This document shows, one piece after another, positions 1-8,020 of a stretch of 10,140 nt of DNA. A model generated the notes under the pieces. The model was not told the DNA's origin. It did not search any database and worked only from the letters and a program-made list of their open reading frames with translations. The DNA is from Paraspadella gotoi (taxonomy: Eukaryota > Animalia > Chaetognatha). The position numbers and the translations under genes were made by a program. The first letter of the stretch is position 1. The number at the start of each line of letters is the position of its first letter. The stretch is taken from positions 4,534,355-4,544,494 of the forward strand of contig CM119264.1 of NCBI GenBank assembly GCA_051294375.1. Reading direction: 5' to 3'.

Positions 1-182
1 TCTCTCTCTCTCCACTCTTCTCTCTTTCGTCTTCTCCTTCTTTTCCTCCTATTCTTCTTGATAAGATTTAAAGACCCAAAGACAGGTCAATTCCTCTCAT
101 TTTTCTCCTCTCTATTTTGAACCCTATTCTTTCCTACTACTCTTTCTCTTTATTTTCTACTCCTATTTCTTTTTCTCTCTTT

Positions 183-360
183 TCTTTCCTCCTTTCCTCC
201 CTCTCTCCTTCCTTTCTCTTTCCTGCTTCTTCCTTCTCTCTCTTTTCAATCTCCCTCTTTCTTTTTCTCTCTCCTCTTTCCTCCTTTCCTCCCTCTCCTC
301 CTTCCTTTCTCTTTCCTCCTTCTTCCTCCTCTCTCTTTTCAATCTCCCTCTTTCTTTTTC
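183..360. repeat. Two ~85-bp direct copies (period ~92 bp) within a polypyrimidine tract
   Basis: 183-267 and 275-360 both read TCTTTCCTCCTTTCCTCCCTCT...CTCTCTCTTTTCAATCTCCCTCTTTCTTTTTC with only a few differences. Confidence 0.85.
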
Positions 361-479
361 CCTACACGTTTTTCCGCAATACAATTTGGCGTCGGACTTT
401 TTTATGGAAATGGAAGTTTTGTCCCAAAAACGATCCTCAGTAAAAAAAAAAAGATGAACATCGTTTTCCGTCGTTTTTT

Positions 480-859
480 NNNNNNNNNNNNNNNNNNNNN
501 NNNNNNNNNNNNNNNNNNNNNNNNNNNNNNNNNNNNNNNNNNNNNNNNNNNNNNNNNNNNNNNNNNNNNNNNNNNNNNNNNNNNNNNNNNNNNNNNNNNN
601 NNNNNNNNNNNNNNNNNNNNNNNNNNNNNNNNNNNNNNNNNNNNNNNNNNNNNNNNNNNNNNNNNNNNNNNNNNNNNNNNNNNNNNNNNNNNNNNNNNNN
701 NNNNNNNNNNNNNNNNNNNNNNNNNNNNNNNNNNNNNNNNNNNNNNNNNNNNNNNNNNNNNNNNNNNNNNNNNNNNNNNNNNNNNNNNNNNNNNNNNNNN
801 NNNNNNNNNNNNNNNNNNNNNNNNNNNNNNNNNNNNNNNNNNNNNNNNNNNNNNNNNNN
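480..859. other. Assembly gap (380 N)
   Basis: Run of N flanked by T homopolymers. Confidence 0.99.
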
Positions 860-955
860 TTTTTTTAAAAAAAAGCACTGACTCGGTCACTGACTGGCTT
901 TTTTCGAAAAAGATCAGAATTTGGATTGAAAACGAAATGTGCGTTCACCTGTGCT

Positions 956-957
<2 letters not shown>

Positions 958-996
<39 letters not shown>
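958..996. repeat. (GAC)13 microsatellite
   Basis: Perfect trinucleotide run. Confidence 0.97.
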
Positions 997-997
<1 letters not shown>

Positions 998-1706
998 TCA
1001 AAGGTTGTCGAATCCTAAACTCTCTCTAGTCACGGTCGAAAGAAAATGTCAGATTTGCTTCGAATCAGTCGAAAGGGAAAGGAGAGGGGGACCCGGGGAC
1101 CCGGCGATGAGGGGGAGGAAAGAGAGTTGAACATTTCCTCAGATGGGGAAAACTGTTTTCTTCGTAATTTGTGTTTCATTTTAGTTTTTAAATATATGTA
1201 TTTATAGAAAGATTGAATAAATTTCATATTGGTTGTACCATTTTCAAATATTATATCAAATAGATTGTCCCTGACCATTGCTAACAAAATATAGAATTTT
1301 CTGAAGAAAAAAATTTATGAAAAGTTATTTTTATTTTTTACTAGCGAGACAAATTTCGTTAAAAACTTACCCGCCAAAGTAAATACAATCAAAACTTACT
1401 AATTACTACATTTTTCTACTGAAGCTAAAACTAAGAGATTCCCTGCATTCGTTTTTGACTTTTCTTCAAAACTCCAAAAATCTTCCTATCGATTTCCAAA
1501 CTTCGTAATTTTCTTTCCCTTTTTTCGATTCCAATTCATTCGATTAAATCTTTCGGTCCAGTTCTTCTTATCTTCTCACTGGTTCTAGAATGTTCTTATA
1601 TTTAATTCACTTTTCTATCTATTCACTTGAGTTTAGTTCCATTTTAAAGTCGCTTCGTCCGCCTCGTTTAATGTCCTTTTCTTTTTCTCTTAGATTGCTA
1701 ATCTGC

Positions 1707-2037
1707 TCTTATGTTACGTATTACAATCTTCTTCTTTCAGTAATTAGATCTAAAGTTCCCTTCTTACTTTAACAGTTCTTTTCTTCCCCTCACCTCATCC
1801 ACAGTTCTTAACTTCCACTTATCTCATCCACTGTTCTCTTTTTCCACTCATTCATCCACAGTAAGAGAGAGATCTTATGTTACGTATTACAAATCTCTTC
1901 TTTCAGTAATTTTTAGATCTAAAGTTTCCTTCTTAACTTTAAACAGTTTCTTTTCTTCCCCTCACCTCATCCACAGTTCTTAACTTCCACTTATCTGCAT
2001 CCACTGTTCTTCTTTTTCCACCTCATTCATCCACAGT
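1707..2037. repeat. Tandem duplication of ~156/165 bp (1707-1862 and 1873-2037), probably an assembly artefact
   Basis: Both copies run TCTTATGTTACGTATTACAA...TCATTCATCCACAGT. Copy 2 differs mainly by small insertions. The 10-bp spacer is AAGAGAGAGA. Confidence 0.92.
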
Positions 2038-2190
2038 TCTTATTTAAAACCTCATCTATTCACTATTTTCTTCTTCCCCTCATCTCATCCACACTCGCAA
2101 GTTCTCATCTTCACCTCACCCAAATCCTACAGTATTCCCTTCTTTCCCTAACCTAAAATCCTCAAGTTCTCTTCTTCCACTCTAACTCTT
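1773..2190. repeat. Degenerate ~29-30-bp minisatellite (CAGTTCTT...TCATCCA units)
   Basis: Recurring units CAGTTCTTTTCTTCCCCTCACCTCATCCA, CAGTTCTTAACTTCCACTTATCTCATCCA and CTGTTCTCTTTTTCCACTCATTCATCCA, continuing in decayed form after 2037. Confidence 0.65.
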
Positions 2191-2539
2191 TTCAACTCAG
2201 CCAGTAGGCGTGAAACATCATTATCCGCGGCCTCATCAAAAATAATTCATCCGAAGAGAATCGAGTGGGACTCGCCGCGGCGAATGTCATGCTCCACATC
2301 CCCACCCCCAACTATTTCCACGCCCTACGCTCCCTCCCTCCCCCCCACCACCCCGCTCTACTGGGGTTTGCAAATGGTCATCGTGAATTGACTTGCGACA
2401 TTTTCTCCCTTTCAATCCTTATGGTCCGAATTTGGTAACAATTTCTTGAGCCCTTCGAGTGATGATGGGGAAACGATTTGTTTTGATCGAATTTGTTTAG
2501 AAAAGAGTTCGGAACTAGGGTTCGTTTTTTATAACTGAT

Positions 2540-2564
2540 NNNNNNNNNNNNNNNNNNNNNNNNN
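2540..2564. other. Assembly gap (25 N)
   Basis: Run of exactly 25 N. Confidence 0.99.
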
Positions 2565-3030
2565 TTAAAAAAATTAGATTTCTTCGAGCAAAACAGAAAA
2601 ACATGTAAAATATTTTTGTTCATGTACATGTACATACCTGGGCAGGTCACTGTACGTATACATACACAATACTATATATATAAGAAAGTTTTTTTATATG
2701 TTTTGAACGTATAATCTACATACAAATATTATATCCAAACAAATCAATTCAGTTACAATTTATTGACCGAATTATTATGACCTAATCCAACAATCAATAA
2801 ATACTCCATACATTAACCATTTTACCATTTACCACTGCATTTGCCAGTCCATTTGCCATCCCTCCCAACTCCAATTACCTCTCCCCTCCCCTCACTCTTT
2901 TCCCCCGCGGCAACTCGTACCGTTTCTGAATTTTCCTTGGAGCAGGGCGGCAGCAGGGCTGCCGCAGGGGGCATCAGCGGGGGAAGCAGCAAGCAGCTGC
3001 AGGGCCTAATGATTTTCTTATTTCTCCCAG

Positions 3031-3117
3031 ATTTCAGTTCCGCGGGTTGAGGAGGGAGAATGGAATGACGACGACGACGACGACAATGACAATTATGAGG
3101 ACGACGACGACGATTAA
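3031..3117 (+). CDS. Candidate terminal coding exon with acidic tail (ISVPRVEEGEWNDDDDDDNDNYEDDDDD*), unverified
   Basis: Preceded by a branch-point-like CTAAT (3006-3010), a polypyrimidine tract and CAG (3028-3030). The phase-0 frame is open to TAA at 3115-3117. No upstream exon or homology is recognised. Confidence 0.12.
   Translation: MSVPRVEEGEWNDDDDDDNDNYEDDDDD
3067..3114. repeat. Interrupted (GAC)n microsatellite
   Basis: (GAC)6, then AAT GAC AAT TAT GAG, then (GAC)4 GAT. Confidence 0.9.
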
Positions 3118-3209
3118 TACAACGACTTTGAACTTTTTTTTAACCTCGAACTTACAAATCGATCTAGCAAATAACCCTTGAATAATTTTAACTCTCTTAC
3201 ATATACGAT

Positions 3210-3239
3210 TACTACTACTACTACTACTACTACTACTAT

Positions 3240-3273
<34 letters not shown>
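3210..3273. repeat. (TAC)n microsatellite, ~21 units with one TAT interruption
   Basis: Direct reading. Confidence 0.97.
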
Positions 3274-3274
<1 letters not shown>

Positions 3275-3331
3275 TTCATTATCAATAATATTCCACTCTT
3301 TCGATGTTGTTATGAAGTAAAGGACATTTTC

Positions 3332-3373
3332 CTGATTGGCTCCTAATGTCGTCTTGTCTCCCGCTGATTGGTT
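3332..3373 (-). promoter_or_regulatory. Pair of reverse CCAAT boxes (NF-Y consensus) spaced 32 bp apart
   Basis: CTGATTGGCT at 3332 and CTGATTGGTT at 3364 both match RRCCAATCAG on the minus strand. Confidence 0.35.
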
Positions 3374-3701
3374 CATCTGAAATGTCCATTTCTTAAAGAG
3401 ATCACTTTGGAGAGATCGCTTTCCATCTGTCCGTCGATCACTGTCACTGAAGGATCGTAAACTTGGCGTCGATCGTTAAATGTTTATTAACATCATTATG
3501 ACAAAGTAGAAGCGATGATGAAAGCAAGAAGAGAAGACGAAAAAAAATGAGAAAGGGGGAGAAAAATATAGAAAATAATAATGATAGAAAAAGTAAGGAA
3601 GATAAAAAAGTCATTTCAAAAGAAGAAAAATGAAGTAAAACTTATTTAGAAATTTGAGAATAAAATAAAATGAAGGACAGAAATGGGAGATCAAAAATAT
3701 A

Positions 3702-3738
3702 CAGAGTGTCTCAAGCCTACTGTCACTTTACAAATGAA
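3702..3738 (+). repeat. Left terminal inverted repeat (37 bp)
   Basis: Inverted match to 4449-4485 with 2 mismatches; preceded by TA. Confidence 0.92.
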
Positions 3739-4448
3739 CGCTGTGATAAATTGGTTAGGTAAATTATCAATTTGATAGAACCACCGGAAAGATAAGTTCA
3801 TACAGTTTTTTTGGTATCTATATTATCATGTTTATTTGTATTTTTAGTGATACAATGAAAATTTAAAATGAAGGGAAATTTTGTTTTGAGCGTTGATCAA
3901 AAAATTTTGATGATATTAAATTCATAATGTAGTTCTGCTTTAGGTAAAAAATATAATTGTGCATAATACTGCATATTATATTATAGTAGGCCACTATGTT
4001 ATTTGTACCCTTGACTAAAAATTTTGTGAATTTGGAAAGATTGACGATGATAATAATGATTTCAGAAGAGATGCTCATTAAGTTTACTTTCAGGAAACTG
4101 ATAAATGCTATAAATTAATATTCTATGATTCAGCATATGATACATAGATGCATAGAGTATATTCTACTGCTAAAAATATTTTCCAGCTGATTGCAGCTCA
4201 TAAACATTGATAATGTAATTGGCTGTCAAACCAGCTGAATGTCTGTAACAATCTTTCAATTAAAAGCAATCAAAGATTTGAATATTGTAAAATTGACAAA
4301 AAGTATTTTCGTCATTGGCTTTGAATGCTGATAAAATGTGATATAAGTGTTTAATTTAAAAAATAAAGATATGATATAAAATTGTAAGAACTTCTGGATG
4401 CAACGAGTAAAGTAAATACATTTTTTATAACTGTACTGATTCACTGTA

Positions 4449-4485
4449 TTCATTCGTAAAGTGACAGTACGCTTGAGACACTCTG
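4449..4485 (-). repeat. Right terminal inverted repeat (37 bp)
   Basis: Inverted match to 3702-3738 with 2 mismatches; followed by TA. Confidence 0.92.
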
Positions 4486-4529
4486 TACTTTACAAATAGT
4501 GAAAAACAACCGACTCTCGAAATACTAAG

Positions 4530-4910
4530 TCAGAAAAATAAAAAGAAATAAAAAAGAAAAACTATAAAGGAGAAAAATAGAGAAAGATGATGACGGAAAA
4601 TAAGAAATAATGGAGAATCGGAGGAAAGGAAAGAAAATGGAGAAAAGTAAGAGGAGGATAAGGAACCGCGAAGAAAAAAGAAGGAAAAAATATCAAAATT
4701 GCGAAATCATTATGACGACAGGTAAAAAAAAAAGATAAAAAGAAAAGAAAGAAAAAAGTATCGGAAGAAATTTTATGGTGAAGCAGGTGTCGTAACTTGA
4801 GGGAAAAGGAAAGAGGAAAAGGAGGAAAAGGAGGAAAGAAAAGAGAGGAAAGGAAAAGAAAATAAAGAGCGATGAGATGGAGGAGGCGGTAAAAAAGGAG
4901 GCGGGAAAAA
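4530..4910. repeat. Purine-rich (A/G) low-complexity tract
   Basis: Dominated by AAAG/GGAA-type words; a similar tract lies at ~3520-3699 on the other side of the transposon. Confidence 0.85.
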
Positions 4911-4987
4911 TTAGGCGGGGAGGCAGGATTTACGGAAAGAACAGGCGCAACTGACCCGTCCTTGTCGTTTCCGCGTTCTCATTTGCC

Positions 4988-4992
4988 AGAGA

Positions 4993-5084
<92 letters not shown>
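4988..5084. repeat. (GA)n microsatellite, ~48 units
   Basis: Near-perfect dinucleotide run with one GG interruption near its start. Confidence 0.98.
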
Positions 5085-5087
<3 letters not shown>

Positions 5088-5264
5088 AGGAATACCACAA
5101 ATATCTTTAAACATCTTAAGATCCTCCTTAACTTCTTTGCTAATCTTTTAACCAACCGTTAAACCATCACCGACGTCGGGACCTCGGGCCACTTGAGGGT
5201 GACCCCCATCCTCGATGGGAGAGAGAGAGAAGACAAAAAGGAAGATTCATGGCTCTGCGTTGAG

Positions 5265-5327
5265 GAGAGAGGGAGGGAGAGAGAGGGAGAGAGAGAGATA
5301 TATATATATAGAAAGAAAGAAATAAAA

Positions 5328-5407
<80 letters not shown>

Positions 5408-5437
5408 AAAAAAAAGTGATATATATATAGAGAGAGA
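5265..5437. repeat. Compound microsatellite (GA)n-(TA)n-(GAAA)n-(TA)n-(GA)n
   Basis: GAAA array at 5311-5409 (perfect over ~5330-5409), bracketed on both sides by short TA and GA runs. Confidence 0.95.
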
Positions 5438-5550
5438 TAAATAGTTAAACACGACAGATAGACAGATAGACATATGTTAAGGGGCGAATCCTTCATGCCT
5501 GTTTCCCCTCAGTGGAGATGATGTGGCCGGATAATTCGCTTCCTTTTACT

Positions 5551-5552
<2 letters not shown>

Positions 5553-5576
<24 letters not shown>
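5553..5576. repeat. (GACA)6 microsatellite
   Basis: Direct reading; a related GATA/GACA mix occurs at ~5453-5471. Confidence 0.93.
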
Positions 5577-5582
<6 letters not shown>

Positions 5583-5737
5583 GAGAAAGAGATTGGAAAT
5601 CATTCCATCAAAAAAATACGACTCGCTTGTAAATTTGAAAGAAGTTTTTTTTTCAACGATGATTCAATCTGTCACAAGTGAAATCGTTTTCTCAAAGAAA
5701 AACTTATTTTTCTCACTTCAAAGTGAAAACATACGGG

Positions 5738-5742
<5 letters not shown>

Positions 5743-5834
<92 letters not shown>
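5743..5834. repeat. (AG)46 microsatellite
   Basis: Perfect dinucleotide run. Confidence 0.98.
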
Positions 5835-5836
<2 letters not shown>

Positions 5837-6199
5837 GAAATACGTTCTGTCTGTCACAGATAACTGTGAGGTTTAAACCGCTTTGTCTTTCCGGTGAAAA
5901 AGAAATGTATTCACAGGTATAATTTTTTCCTTTTTCCAACGACGCGAAGCTAAAGCATTTTTGTTAATTTTTATTAATACTAGAAACGTCATCTCCAGTT
6001 TCATTCTTAATTCAAGAGAATTCATTTGTTTTCTTATTTCCTCGGGTTTTTTTTCCTTCTCTACTTTGAAGATAAATTAATTTTTTCTCTGCGCTCATTT
6101 TTTTTTTGTTGTTGTCAGGAATAGTAATTTAGTAATTTAAAATTGTATTAACTTTTTTTAAAGATTTTTTTTATCTTTTTACTTCCCTCTTTGAAAATT

Positions 6200-6545
6200 T
6201 CCTATTTCTGTTTATTCCCTCTTTCTTTCTTTTTTCTTACTTCTTTCTTTCTTCTCTCTTTCTTCATTCTTTCCTCTTTCTTTCCTATTTCTTTCCTCTT
6301 TCTTTCTTTTCTCTTTTCTCTTTCTTTCCCCATTCTTGCTTCTTCTTTTCCTCATTCTTTCTTTTCTCTTTTCTCTTTCTTTCATCTCTCTTTCCTCTTT
6401 CTTTCCTTATTCTTACTTCTTCTTTTCCTCTTTCTTTCCTCTTTTTTTTCTTCTTCTAATTCTATTTCCCCCATTTCTTCTTCTTCTCCTTCTCTTCCTC
6501 CCTCTTCCTCCGCAGCTTCCTCCTTTTTCTGCTTTTCTTTTTCTT
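6200..6545. repeat. Polypyrimidine (T/C) low-complexity tract
   Basis: Almost exclusively T/C. Confidence 0.9.
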
Positions 6546-6657
6546 CGAGATTAAAATCATAAAATGGCGACGATTTTTTGCGGCAAAATTCAAAATGGAA
6601 TTAATTCGAGTAAACAAAAGATCGAACTGTTTTCGTGGGTCGCTTGGGGTGACGGGA

Positions 6658-6673
6658 TCGGTCGGTCGGTCGG
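6658..6673. repeat. (TCGG)4 short microsatellite
   Basis: Direct reading. Confidence 0.8.
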
Positions 6674-7589
6674 TCCATCGTTTGGTAAGCAAGTCTCTTA
6701 TGAACTTCCTAGTGCTAGTTCGTATTTGTTAATTCTTCACACATCCTTCGAATCTCTCTCTCTCTCTCTCTCCCTCCTCTTTTCTTTCCCTTTCTTCTCT
6801 CCTCTCCTCTTCTCTCTTCCTCTCTCTCTCTCTCTCTTCTCTCATTTTTTCCCGCCATTTCGAGGCCAACTTCTCTTCAGTCTTCATCCAACGCCCTCTG
6901 CCCAACACTCTTCCCCTTCCAAACTCCGAGACGCTAGAACTGACATCGACTCACTTCCTCTGCCCCTTTGCCCCCCTCACCCTCACCCCTCACCCATCCC
7001 CCATCCCCCTCACCTGACTCTCTCTCTGGCTCGGGGCGACGTCTTTGCCTCTGATCGAATTTTCGTGCCAACTTCTGCCAAACGCCATTTTCTTTCTCCT
7101 TTCTTAGCCGTCGGAGATTCCTGCCTTTCTTTCCTTTTCTCTCTTTCCTTTTTTTCTCTTTCCTTTTTTTTTTCTTTTTCTTTTTAATCCTTTTTTATCT
7201 TTCTTTAATCTTTCTTTTTTTTTATCTCTTTTCTTTCATGCTCTCTTTCTGTCGTTTAACTGTAGGTTATTTTAATGTATTTTTTTTCATTGGCGTTTTT
7301 TCTTCTTTAAATTAAAACATGCAACATACATTCAACGTACTAATAACCAAATAAAAATCGAAATTTTAAAAAAATGGATCATTCCTAATCGGCTAATAAC
7401 ATTTCCCCAAAAATTTGCCAAAAAATCCAACTCTACTAATAGAAAAAAAATGTGGATGAACTTTAGATTAACTGGATGCGAACGTTAGGAGTCATTTAGA
7501 ATTTCATAAAAAGACGATTAGGCCGAGGAAACGTGATTTCGTGAGAGTGAGAGCGAGAGGGAGACTGCGTGAAAGGTTCGACCGAGATT

Positions 7590-7950
7590 CACCTTCTTTC
7601 TTTTTTTTTCTTATTTTTCTTTCATTCCATCCATTTTCTCACTTACCTCGGTTCCCATTTTCTTGCCTTACCCCGACATCCATTTCCCCTCCTCTCCGTT
7701 CTCTTTTCCTCTTTTCTTTTTTCGTTTTATTTCTTTTCAGTTCCTCCTTTTTTTCTTCTTTTTTCTTTTATTTTTGTTTTTTTATTTCTTGTTCCTTTTT
7801 TCTCTTTTTTTACAGTCTTTTTTTCCTCCATTTCTTTTATTATTCTTTTCCTTTTTATTCTTTCTTTTCCCCAGCCTTCATTTTTTTCTTTTTAATTTTC
7901 TTTTCCTTTTATCTAGTTCATTTTTTACATTTCCTCTCTTTTCATTCATA
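7590..7950. repeat. Polypyrimidine (T-rich) low-complexity tract
   Basis: T/C dominated; gives the overlapping F/S/L-rich spurious ORFs. Confidence 0.9.
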
Positions 7951-8020
7951 TTTATATTAATTCATATATCGAATAGTTTTTTAACAAGCAATCTTATCCA
8001 ACCAAGAGAGATTAGATGTC

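Larger units (their letters stand above)
3702..4485. mobile_element. Non-autonomous Tc1/mariner-superfamily DNA transposon (MITE-like), 784 bp
   Basis: Left end 3702-3738 is CAGAGTGTCTCAAGCCTACTGTCACTTTACAAATGAA. The reverse complement of the right end 4449-4485 is CAGAGTGTCTCAAGCGTACTGTCACTTTACGAATGAA (35/37 identical). TA flanks both ends (3700-3701, 4486-4487). The interior is AT-rich with no transposase-length ORF. TA duplication with CAG termini is typical of Tc1/mariner. Confidence 0.9.

Noticed and set aside
1075-1115. G-run cluster with GGGGACCC x2 as a plus-strand G-quadruplex
   Set aside because: Loops of 8 and 12 nt and competing GGG/CCC pairing make it a weak candidate.
402-1130. 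ORFs 402-890, 454-1029 and 939-1130
   Set aside because: Open only because of the N gap or the GAC repeat (poly-D/poly-R); no coding evidence.
1773-2190. ~30-bp recurring units as a possible CRISPR array
   Set aside because: Units are adjacent and degenerate with no unique spacers; eukaryotic context and no cas genes.
2622-2635. 14-bp palindrome ATGTACATGTACAT
   Set aside because: A consequence of a short self-complementary TACATG repeat next to a gap; no associated structure.
3863-4453. ORFs inside the transposon as transposase remnants
   Set aside because: Short, AT-biased peptides with no HTH, WVPHEL/YSPDL-like or DDE/D motifs.
3492-4716. ATCATTATGAC at 3492 and 4706, either side of the transposon, as a TSD of a larger element
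   Set aside because: No terminal repeats adjoin either copy; an 11-bp AT-rich match is plausible by chance or as isolated homeodomain-type sites.
4911-5939. ER/SL/KKER/FLSF-repeat ORFs
   Set aside because: Direct translations of (GA)n and (GAAA)n microsatellites, open in several frames on both strands.
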